A DNA stretch of 64,000 nucleotides from Chiloscyllium plagiosum (taxonomy: Eukaryota): NCBI RefSeq assembly GCF_004010195.1, contig NC_057718.1, forward strand, positions 80,176,116 through 80,240,115. The letters run 5' to 3'. Positions 13,335-23,770 of the stretch are shown in pieces. The position numbers and the translations under genes were made by a program. The notes under the pieces were generated by a model. That model made no database searches, was not told where the DNA came from, and worked only from the letters and a program-made list of their open reading frames with translations. Each line of letters opens with the position of its first letter. The stretch's first letter is position 1.

Positions 13335-13679
13335 TATCTCTATGAGACTGGACAGAATATATTAATATAAAGTTATGCTGTTTGGAATAAAAAATGGATA
13401 AGTAAATTCCAATAATTTTCCAGTAAATTAATTGAGAAACTATCAAACGGCATGATTTAAATCAATGAATTGATGTTCAGCTAAACATGGAAAGAACATT
13501 GACACCACTTGACTAAACTGTTTCATCAGTTACAAATTCACTATAAATCTGGTTAAAAGTGAATTTGCCATAGAAAAAGTGAGTTATTTGGGCTACACCG
13601 TGGGACAAGTCCAAATGACACCGAAAACATTGAAAATAAGCGATATTTTGAATTTTCCCTTGCCTCAGCAAAGAGACAA

Positions 13680-14035
13680 AGGGATGGTGGTGGCAAAGAG
13701 GCAAGTTTACAGGACTAGTAATCCAGAACTCCACACTAATGTCTGGGGAAATGGGTTTGAATCCCAACATGGTAGATGGTAAATTCAATAATATAAATAA
13801 AGAAGTTTGAGCTTAAAAAGAAATAGCCTCATGGTGACCATGTAACCATTGCTGATTGTTATAAAAATGCATTTGATTCGGGAAGGAAATCTGTCTTCCT
13901 GACCTAGTCTGGCCGACATGTGACTATCGACATGCAGCAATGTGGCTGATTCTTAACTGTCCTCAAGCAATGAGGGATGGGCAATACATATTGGCCCAGC
14001 TGATGAACTCACATCCCTATAAATGAAGACAAAAA
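13680..14035 (+). mobile_element. tRNA-derived Deu-type SINE (SacSINE1-like)
   Basis: ggactagtaatccaga..gggtttgaatccca head, ggtgaccatg..ggaaggaaatctg core, CR1-like tail gatgggcaata. Confidence 0.65.
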
Positions 14036-14039
14036 ATGG

Positions 14040-15585
14040 ATAAAATGGGGGGAGCGGAAATGAGGAAACTGGTGAAATCCACATTAATCCTGTGTGATTG
14101 CAAGGTCCATGGAACATGAGGCATTCTTCCTCCAGTGTGGTAAGGGTTTGGCGATGGAGGAGGCCCAGGACCTACATGTCCTTGGTAGAGTGGGAGGGGG
14201 AGTTGAAGTGTTCAGCCACAGTGTGGCGGGGTTGTTTGGTGCGGGTGTCCCAGAGATGTTCTCTGAAACAATCCACACGTTGGCATTCTGTCTCCCTGAT
14301 GTAGAGGAGACTACATCCGGTGCAACAGATACAGTAGATGACATTGGTGGAGGTACAGGTAAATCTCTGTCAGAATGGAAGAATCCTTAGGGTCCTTGGA
14401 CGGAGGTGGGGGGGGGAGGTGTGGGCACAGGTTTTGCACTCTGTGGTGGCAGGGAAAGGTGCCTGGAATGGGGTGTGGACTGTTGGGGGGCATGAATCGT
14501 ACAATGGAGTTGGGGAGGGAATGGTCTCTCCAGAACACTGATAGAGATGGGGAGTGAAATATGCTCCTGGTAGCAGGGTCTGTTTGTAGGTGGCGGAAGT
14601 GGCAGAGGATGATGCAATGTATATGGAGGTTGGTGGGTGGAAGGTGAGGATCAGAGGTGTTCTGTCCTTGTTGCATTGGGAGGAGTGGGCACGCCAACCT
14701 CCGTATACATCGCATCATCCTCCGCCACTTCTGCCACTTACAAACAGACCCCACCACCAGGGACATATTTCCCTCCCCATCCCTATCAGCATTCCAGAGA
14801 GACCATTCCCTCCGTGACTCCCTCATTAGATCAATTCCCACTCCCACCCCCCACCACCGCCAGCTCACATCCCACTCCCGGCACCTCCTCCTGTCATCGC
14901 AGGAAGTGCAAAACCTGTGCCCACACCTCCCCCCTCACCTCTGTCCAAGGACCCAAAGGATCCTTCCACATCCAACAGTAATTTACCTGTACCTCCACCA
15001 ATGTCATCTGCTGTACTTGTTGCACCCGATGTAGTCTCCTCTACACTGGGGAGACTGGATGCCAACTTGCAGATCATTTCAGAGAACATCTCTGGGACAC
15101 CTGCAGCAACCAACCCCACTGCCTGTGGCTGAACACTATGCCAAGGTCATACAAGTCCTGGGCCTTCTTCATTGCCAAACCCTTACCACCCGACATCTGG
15201 AGGAAGAATGCCTCATCTTCCACCTTGGGATCCTGCAACCACATGGGAGTAATGCGGATTTCACCAGTTTCTTCATTTCCCTTTCCCCACATTATCCCAG
15301 TCCCAAGCCTCCAACTCTGCTCCGCCCTCTAGACCTGTCCATCACTTTTCCCATCTTCCTGCTCTGCCTTCCTCTCCGATGTATCACCTTCACCCCACCT
15401 TCATCTACCTATTCCATTCTCAGCTACCATGCCCCCAACCGCACCCCCTTCTCATTTATCTCTCAACCCCTCCTGGGTCCCCAGCCCACAAGCCTCATTC
15501 CTGATGAAGGGCTTATGCCCAAAACATCAATTCTCCTACTCCTCAGATGCTGGCTGACTTAGCTTTCCAGCACCACACTCTCGAC
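14040..15585. mobile_element. Two Penelope-like GIY-YIG 3' fragments head-to-head (minus 14040-14690, plus 14692-15585)
   Basis: IILRHFCHLQTDPTTRDIFPSP..FQRDHSL and RKCKTCAH on both strands; pLTR with hammerhead-like motif at ~15498-15532. Confidence 0.85.
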
Positions 15586-16119
15586 CTTGTGACATCAGTT
15601 CACTGCTTATTCCAAAAGACCTCTATGCTGGACACTGGCCATCAACATCCCTGGGCCCACTCCATGAACACCAGTTTCATACATCCCATGTCCATAGACA
15701 CTGGCATCTTACATTTGCTACCCTGTAAGAATTCCCATGGCACATCTCCGGTCGACTTATGCTTCTGTAAACCAATGTTATACCACAGACTGCAATGGCA
15801 ATTATCATTCTGTACACTGTGTGCTCATGGTTAGGAACCTAATTCATGGACTGGATCAGGCTGCATCTACTGGCCTGTTTGGTTGTTCTCATAGCACTCA
15901 CTCACTCTGATCCTTCATGGATGTTTACAGCATCCCTGTTTTGCACTGCATTGCCATGCCTTCTGCGCTTTGCTCCTGATCCAGAGATACCATGCTCACA
16001 ATACTGTTGCTATTTAGCACTGACTCAAAGCCATTATGCTTTTTTATGGTTGCTGGTAATTTTTAAAAATCTATTGATCCTTCTCCAGTAATACCATCAG
16101 CTGGCATTATAACAGGCGG

Positions 16120-16636
16120 AGACAATGGAGACTGCAGATACTGGAGAAATCAGAGTTGAAGAGAAATCAAAGCATGGTAAAGGAAAAGGCACAGCAGGTC
16201 AGGCAGCATCCGAGGAGTAAGAGAGTCAACGTTTTTGACAGGACCCTTCCTCAGGACTGGGGTGGGGGAAGGGGGTGAAGAGATAAATGGGGGTGTGGGG
16301 GGGAGGTGGGTGAGAAGGGGGCATGGGGCTAGAGGAATGTAGCTTTAAATGTAGCTTCTGTCATGATCCTGGCTCATGGTACTACAATTTCTTTAAAAAT
16401 AAATATTGATCCCATTTAATTTCAATGGCCTTCAGTCCTGATCAAGAGGCTCCACCTGTTATAAGAGTTGATAAAGCACAGTGCTGGAAAATGCACAGCA
16501 TCTGAGGAGCAAGACAGTCAATGTTTCAGGCAGGACCCTTCTTCAGGCAAGGGGGAGGGGATGGAGGTTAAGAGATCAATGGGGTAAGGGGGCAGGGCTA
16601 GGGGAAAGGGAGGTGATAGGTGGGCAAAGGTGATAT
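16120..16636 (-). mobile_element. Two Penelope pLTR fragments
   Basis: cacagcaggtcaggcagcatcc...ggacccttcctcagg and a second copy at ~16475-16636. Confidence 0.7.
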
Positions 16637-16779
16637 TCTGTGGTGTAACATTGGTGTACAGAAGCATAAGTTGACCGGAGATGTGCCATGGGAGTTCTTA
16701 CAGGGTAGCAAATGTAAGATGCCAGTGTCTATGGACATGGAATGTATGAAATGGGAAGGGTGGAGTGGATAGGTGGGAA

Positions 16780-17100
16780 CAGTGGCTCGGTAGTTAGCAC
16801 TGCTGTCTCGCAGCACCCGGGACCTGGGTTCAAATCCAGCCTTAGGTGGTGACTGTCTGTGAGGAGTTTGCACATTCTGTGTGGGTTTCTTCCGGGTGCT
16901 CTGATTTCCTCCCACAATCCAAAGATGTGCAGATTAGGTGAACTGGCTGTGCTAAATTGCCTGTAGTGTTCAGGGATGTACAGGTTAGGTGCATAGTCAG
17001 GGGTAAATGTAGGGGAATGGGTTTGGGTGGGATACTCTTTGAAGGGTTGGTGTGGACTTGTTGGGCCAAAGGGCCTGTTTCCATACAGTAGGGATTCTAA
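16780..17100 (+). mobile_element. HE1-type V-SINE
   Basis: gtggctcggtagttagcactgctgtctcgc..ggttcaaatcc (A/B boxes), V-domain, tail gggcctgtttccatacagtagggattcta. Confidence 0.9.
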
Positions 17101-17774
17101 TTCTAAAAATTCTTTCCATCTGGCATTCTTGATAACTGAGGAAAAATTATATATCTCAAATACTGTGAACTACCACAATGTCTGAGTACTTATACTGCAA
17201 ATAAAGTATAACAGTGATGGGTATACCCCCTGCATTACATTTCTATTTCTTACTATGTGTTTTTACTTTGATTTAGGGGGTGTTATGATGTTTTTACTTT
17301 TTTTTTGAGGGATATTATGTCTCGAAGCTTGGCTTGGTCAGGGTTCATTGTGGTGATGCCCTTGATTATCCAGAATTTTTGATCAACACACAGACTGCTG
17401 ATCCTATCAGCGCTGGCTAATAAAAAGGTTGCTGTATTACTAGAGAAAACTAATTTCATCAACATGCAACTGGTTGAGTGATCAAAACAATGTCATCTGT
17501 GCCACGTTTCCACGCAACTGTCATGATTCAATCGATCCAACCTAATTAACCATCACCCACCATTCTACTGATGAAGAGTTATCTGTGGATGGGTGCTAAA
17601 GGAAGAGGCTAGACCCCCTCCTTTGTGGTGCATGAAACCCTGTTGTAACCCTAGCTGTCCTGCACAAGTGAGGTTTGACAAGGTTGGTGCAATCAGTCTC
17701 TGCAAGCAGCAGTTTAGGTGCTCTTCTGTTACTGCCAGGACTCTCTGTGTAGCCAGTTTTAAGAAACAGGCTTA

Positions 17775-18042
17775 CAGAATTGCTAGAGTGTGGAAAATGA
17801 CCATCTGGCCCATCGAGTCTACATTGACCCTCTGAAGAGTATCCCACTGGGACCCACCCCAACCCATTTAGCATGGCTAAACCAGCTAATCTGCACATCC
17901 TTAGACTGTGGGAGGAAACTGGAACACCTGGTGGAAACCCACACAGACGCGGGGAGAACATGCAAACTCTATATAGTCACCCAAGGATGGAATAAACCCG
18001 GGTCCCTGGCACTATAGCAGCACTGCTAACCACTGTGCCAAT
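17775..18042 (-). mobile_element. HE1-type V-SINE
   Basis: Reverse complement of V-domain ctgcacatcc..gactgtgggaggaaactggaacacctggtggaaacccacacagac. Confidence 0.85.
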
Positions 18043-18469
18043 GACCATTTGTTTGAGCATTTGGTGACAAAGCAAAAGTGCCAACGTCCTGTGAAAAAGA
18101 AACATATGCCATTCATCACTGCCAACTCCATGGGCTGCAGCCCATCACTCTCATTGATATGCAGGAAAGCAGTCTTGAAGAAATCACTAAATCCCTTAAC
18201 ACTTCTATGATACTCATCTTTCCAAAGTGTAACCTGATATTAGAGTACAGAGACAGTAAAGCAAAAGTTCGTACCTCCAACAAGCTTGCAAAAACTGGTA
18301 ACACAGACTCCTGGTGTGAGGTCTTGGCTGCAGTATCCATGGAGGTACTTACAACCAACTAGGTTCACTTCAGAATGCTAAGGCACTGGAACAGAATATT
18401 ATAAAATCTCATTGCAACTTCTCAAAACATTCAGACATAATACAGCAAATTCTCAGCCGGCCTAACAGT

Positions 18470-18720
18470 TGTGTTTATGATATTGATCCAATAATCAATT
18501 GCTCTTCAAGATTGATTATCTTTGTTTGTTAGTTTGTCTAAAACAATAAAATATATTATAAGTTTGGAAGTAAATGTCACAGCAAACCAGTTGATTTCTG
18601 TGTTTGCAGCTTGCAAATCCATACTATATAAACAAGTAAGCAAAGTCGCAATATTGTATATACATAACTCACCAAGTCCTTAAAGGGGAATTCTCTTAAA
18701 GACAAGATACATATTCAACA
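18470..18720 (-). repeat. 3' LTR of the Gypsy element at 18470-21572
   Basis: Aligns with ~21249-21572 (e.g. 18541-18617 vs 21314-21390, about 55/77 identical by manual count); preceded on the minus strand by purine tract GGAAAGCAGAGGCA then TGTTGAAT. Confidence 0.8.
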
Positions 18721-18889
18721 TGCCTCTGCTTTCCAAAAGTAAGATGCTCTGTTGAAAATAACAAGTGAGTCTAGAAAAGTCCCTATTGCACATAGGTAAT
18801 TTGCTGATATATCAAATCTTGTGACTTTGGTGGTGGTGTTGATTTTCATAGTCATCAGTGACACAGTGAGTTGTCTCTGTTTGTGTTGT

Positions 18890-19775
18890 CATTTCTTTTT
18901 CTTTCATTGAATACAGTTGCTGCTTCAGATTTTGCTTTTCCTGATGAGTTACAGCCAAGTTCTATTCCACTGGCTGATCTTTTCCTTAAGCCATTTTAAG
19001 TGGCTTGAATCTTAGCATTTACTGTTTTATTCCTTCAGACTAATTCTATCAAAATTTTAGCCTTCTGTTGGTCCAGTATAGTTTGTTCATTCACCGTCTG
19101 CTCCAATAACTGGACAACTTCTTCAAGTTTTTATTTTTTTTTGTTTTTGTTGAAGTCAGAACTTCAACTTTCACTGCTGTCTCATTTTTTATTTAGTTCC
19201 TTTTATGCCTTGTTTGAGTTATTTCACCAGAGCACCATTGTTGGCATTTATTTCTGAAAGGACTGTCTTATGACTGACTTGTGCCTCCTAGTTATGGGTG
19301 CTATGTATCTCCAGCTATTTTTGTAGGTTTGTCATTTTCTCTAGCATTGCTTTGAGCTCAAGCTCTTATTATGGATCTGCTTCTCCTGATCTGTTTTCCA
19401 TACAAGTTGTTCCAGATGTTCCTCCAAGTTGGAAAGCTTTTCATTCAGTTGATAATACAGGAACTTTGGTTAATTGGCTTTCTTTCTTTTTTTAGTTCTT
19501 CGTTCATCATTATAAGCTGAGCAGAGCTATCTCCTAAAGTTTTCATCATCTCAGAGGTAGTGTGCTAAAGTCTGCATGGGTCTTGTGCTCTTTGTTAAGC
19601 ATTTTTCTCTTCAACTTCTGTTTCGCAGTTCACATCAGAGAGCTGAGATTTTAGCTTCAATAATTCAAAAGAAATTACAGTACTCCGTTCTTCTATCAGA
19701 TTCAATTCTCCACTCGTTTCTTGAATAGCTAGCTGCAGCTTCTGTTGTGTCCCTGATGTCTGTCTGATTTCATGG
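18890..19775 (-). pseudogene. CLIP1: Intronless, decayed fragment of a CLIP1 (CLIP-170)-like coiled-coil, inside an LTR element
   Basis: AIQETSGELNLIEERSTVISFELLKLKSQLSDV, TSEMMKTLGDSSAQLIMMNEELKKER, EEVVQLLEQTVNE, VNAKIQ and QEKQNLKQQLYSMKEKE are colinear with recalled CLIP1 [79 protein letters not shown] and EERSVLNNQLLEMKKRE; several stops and frameshifts. Confidence 0.75.
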
Positions 19776-20920
19776 GTTGTGGCTGGTGCAAGGTCATGCC
19801 ATGCTGTTATGCCCACAAACACTGGTCGAGAAGTTTCTTTGATGTAGAACATCTATGATGTTAGATTGATTGTACTTGCATCCAGCATTATTGATCCTGC
19901 ATATGTAATTGGTGAAACATTGTACATTGAAATGTTCACATTTGTAGATTTTGCCTTTTCTTCCATGTACATTTTAAAATAATACATAGAGATAGTACAT
20001 TGGCAATTTCCCTGTGTCAATCTGAGTAAAAACCGAATAGTCATCAGTTTTCCAAGAACAGATAATTTCAATTTTTGTGAACATTTTAGACAGTATGATG
20101 ATATTGATGCTTTTTTATAAAGATTGATAGTGTGAAATGTGGTATTCACCGCTCTTGGTCTTACTGTGTAGATCAGCAGATTCTGCTTTGTTGATCATTT
20201 CATGTGTATTGCCTCTGGCGAGATACCATTTATTGCAATTGGAAGGTACTCCTTGTGTGTAGTGGGTTTTAGTCAGTGCATAGCTCTTAGCCGCATCAGT
20301 CTTTGCTCCAGTGCACTGCCTGTGCCAATGGTCTTTTCTTCTACTTGCCTTGAAAAATTGATTGAAAGCAGGACATCTCATTGATGTATCCAGAAAATCA
20401 CACCTTCCAAACGTCTTGCTATATTTGGGTGTTTTAATGATTGAGTCAACTGTTGACTTTGTAATTCAAACCTGTAAGCTTTTTCGACCTTTAAGGATTG
20501 CTTTATGATTACATCAATAGTTTTTAAACAATATAAATCTTTGGTTAGTCTGACAAATCTTTTTGGAAAGTTTCTTTAGATAAGAATGTGACTGCTAGCA
20601 AAGCAATTCCTTTTTCTTGGCTCTCAATCCAGAAAAATGTCACAAAATTAGCCCCATATTCTGCAGCTGCACACAAAGTGGTGAATAGTTTCTGTCTAAA
20701 GAGCATAAATTCTAGTCATGAATACAGAAGCTTAATCTCACACTGAATTGCTCTTCTAAAGTAGTCTATATCTTGTGGAGATCTTTTAGCTCTTCAGCTG
20801 TTAGTCCTGAAGTATTAAATCTGACCTTCATTTCCAATCGTTAAGCAAATCTTAAATGGCTTGCTTTCCTGCATCATATAAATCCAGAGCCTGAAATCAT
20901 GGTTCTGATCAGTGCAAAAG
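19776..20920 (-). mobile_element. Decayed Ty3/Gypsy gag and aspartic protease
   Basis: KICLTIGNEG..FNTSGLTAEELKDLHKI*TTLEEQF..LEFMLFRQK (gag); GRCD..RCPAFNQFFKASRRKDHWHRQC (degenerate zinc knuckles); QIDTG/IANVLSL and FYIKETSRPVFVGITAWHDL (protease). Confidence 0.8.
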
Positions 20921-21248
20921 CATATAGTTGGGGCGTCTGCTGTATCCCAATTTACACCAGGAAGTTTTATCAACATTCTGACAATATCTCTTGTTTACCA
21001 TCAATTTGGCACATACCATTGCAATTTGCCTTTATCAAGTTAGTTAAACTAGCCTCCTGATTAAGATTTGTCTGTTTACTAGCAATCTGTATTTTCAATG
21101 CATTCTGATGCTGTTATGAACAAAGAATTTGAGGGTGTCTCATGATTTAAGATGGTTTGACCATATGTTGCACTTGTACATTAACTTGCTAGCTGACTTT
21201 TCAAGCATGATAGACTTTGTCAGCATAATGTTTTCACTGGTATCAGCA

Positions 21249-21572
21249 TATATTTCTGTTAAATAATCAATTGTGCATCAGGAATTGGTTAACTTTGTGC
21301 ATTAGCTTATTTCAAACAATAAAATATATCACAAGTTATAAAGCAGACATTACAACAAACCAACCGCTTTATGTATGTGTAACTTGTAAGCCTTTTGTAG
21401 ATAAAAAAAGTCATAATCCACAGGACACCAGGTTATAGTCCAACAGGTTATTTGAAATCATGAGCTTTCGAAGTGCAGCCCCTTTGTCAGGTGCCGATTG
21501 TTCAGATTGTTGAAAGAAAGGACATAGACTCCTGAAGAATAAATTCTCTTAAAGGCATGATACACATAGACT
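21249..21572 (-). repeat. 5' LTR of the Gypsy element, containing a short pLTR-type insertion (~21405-21495)
   Basis: aataatcaattg..aaacaataaaatatat..ttctcttaaag-catgatac matches 18490-18712. Confidence 0.75.
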
Positions 21573-21984
21573 ATAAGCACACATTAGACAATACACTGAA
21601 AGATGATTTGGTTTGATGGTTGAGACCCTGATATCTTTATCCTCCTTATCATAATTTGAAGCCAAGCTTATGGCCTATTAAGCAATCTCCTCAGATGTTC
21701 TTTTCACTAGTTCCTTGTCTGGCTCACCATGTGCAGAACCCACTAACTCGCAACACAACGAACTTGGAGTTTACATTTCTGTACTGGTACTTGGGTGGAG
21801 TGATCAGTGCTTCTTATGAAGGACTATAAACTGCTCTGAATCTTCTTTCACAAATTCCATGTGTAGGGAATGATTTAAAGAAATAAAAATGAGACACTTA
21901 CAAGCTCTACGATTCAATATGAATTGTCAGGTTGATTGGAAGCACAATTGCTTGTTACTGGAAAAATACAAGTAATAAAGAGTT

Positions 21985-22090
21985 CTCATGGTGCAGTTGT
22001 AATGTCCATACTCTGAGCCAGGAGGTCCAGGTTCAAGTCTCACCTACTCCAATGGAATGTCACAAAACCTCTGAGCAGGTTGATTAGAAA
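21985..22090 (+). mobile_element. Short tRNA-derived SINE; related copy on the minus strand at ~28320-28408
   Basis: tggtgcagttgta (A box) ... ggttcaagtctcac (B box). Confidence 0.55.
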
Positions 22091-23190
22091 ATATTTACAA
22101 GTAATAAGGTCAGTGTTGCCTTGCCTCTGTACCTCTGATGCTGTTTGCATGGTTTTATAATCTGTAAAGTTGATTGCTTAATTTCTCCAAGCTACTAGAT
22201 GTTAGTTCTCCTCCCTAGTCTTGTTTCTCTCCTTTTGGCTTTAAGATCATTTTCCTGCAGAAAAGGTGGGCATTGGGTCTGAGTGGCTACTGCTAAGGGC
22301 ATGTGCAGATGTAAAAAGCGACTTCAGAAAGTGCACATGCAGAAACAGAGAAGTGAATACAACTGGATAAGCCAGTGTTCATTGGACAGAATGTGGCTGG
22401 ACTGCAAATTTATAAAGAAGTCATCAGAGAATTGCATTGTTTTGTGGCTGTTACAGGGGGAAGGTATATGCTGTTTACACTTGGTAAAGGCATCAAGAAA
22501 CAGATGCTGAGAATGAAAATGATCGATGGGTGTGGTGTTCTGTTGTGCTTAATGAAGGTAATTGTGATACAGGGAAGGCCTTGCATATGTGGGTGCACAT
22601 TACTCCTGCTCTATTCATGTCACTGAGCTTTTTGTTGCTTGCATCTAAGTATTACACCCAGTATTGAATACCTCTGCCACTTCTGTCCATGCCTGTTGAA
22701 TATTTTGTTTCTCCTATGAAGCACTTCTGTGGTGTTTCCTCCGGCATTTATAGTGGCCTGTCCCTGCCGCTCCCGGTTGTCAGTTTCAGCTGTCCGCTGT
22801 ACTGGCCGGTATATTGGGTCCAGGTCGATGTGTTTGTTGATGGAGTTTGTGGATGAGTGCCATGCTTCTAGGAATTCCCTGGCTGTTCTTTGTTTGGCTT
22901 GCCCTATAATGGTACTGTTGTCCCAGGATAGCTGGTCATGGCTATATAGGACAAACAGGAAGACAGATAACGATCCGCATCCATGAACATCAACTAGCCA
23001 CAAAACGCCACGACCAGCTATCCTTAGTAGCCACACACGCAGACAACAAGCAACATGAATTCGACTGGGACAACACTACCATTATAGGGCAAGCCAAACA
23101 AAGAACAGCCAGAGAATTCCTAGAAGCATGGCACTCATCCACAAACACCATCAACAAACACATCGACCTGGACCCAATATACAGGCCACT

Positions 23191-23770
23191 NNNNNNNNNN
23201 NNNNNNNNNNNNNNNNNNNNNNNNNNNNNNNNNNNNNNNNNNNNNNNNNNNNNNNNNNNNNNNNNNNNNNNNNNNNNNNNNNNNNNNNNNNNNNNNNNNN
23301 NNNNNNNNNNNNNNNNNNNNNNNNNNNNNNNNNNNNNNNNNNNNNNNNNNNNNNNNNNNNNNNNNNNNNNNNNNNNNNNNNNNNNNNNNNNNNNNNNNNN
23401 NNNNNNNNNNNNNNNNNNNNNNNNNNNNNNNNNNNNNNNNNNNNNNNNNNNNNNNNNNNNNNNNNNNNNNNNNNNNNNNNNNNNNNNNNNNNNNNNNNNN
23501 NNNNNNNNNNNNNNNNNNNNNNNNNNNNNNNNNNNNNNNNNNNNNNNNNNNNNNNNNNNNNNNNNNNNNNNNNNNNNNNNNNNNNNNNNNNNNNNNNNNN
23601 NNNNNNNNNNNNNNNNNNNNNNNNNNNNNNNNNNNNNNNNNNNNNNNNNNNNNNNNNNNNNNNNNNNNNNNNNNNNNNNNNNNNNNNNNNNNNNNNNNNN
23701 NNNNNNNNNNNNNNNNNNNNNNNNNNNNNNNNNNNNNNNNNNNNNNNNNNNNNNNNNNNNNNNNNNNNNN
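23191..23770. other. Assembly gap (N run)
   Basis: Continuous N. Confidence 1.

Larger units (their letters stand above)
8730..13675 (+). mobile_element. Fragmented reverse transcriptase of the same Gmr1-like element, split by younger insertions
   Basis: EPSHSSWGSPTV/RFCTDYYKVN (~8770-8868); VTKADSLPI (~11012); SYWQVP and KISAF (~11570-11630); YKVMLFGIKN..TWKEH..TINLVKSEFAIEKVSYLGYTVG (~13360-13610). Confidence 0.78.

Noticed and set aside
17281..17464. Candidate 3' LTR of the Gmr1-like element (G-run then TGTTATGATG...CATCAACA)
   Set aside because: No matching 5' copy found upstream of 5041, so it cannot be assigned
18890..19775. A functional exon of the host CLIP1 gene
   Set aside because: Multiple stops and frameshifts, no clear splice boundaries, and it is embedded between protease and the 3' LTR
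19595..20381. Possible endogenous viral fusion or envelope glycoprotein
   Set aside because: Cys-rich parts resolve into gag zinc knuckles and protease, and the heptad part matches CLIP1; no signal peptide, fusion peptide or transmembrane anchor
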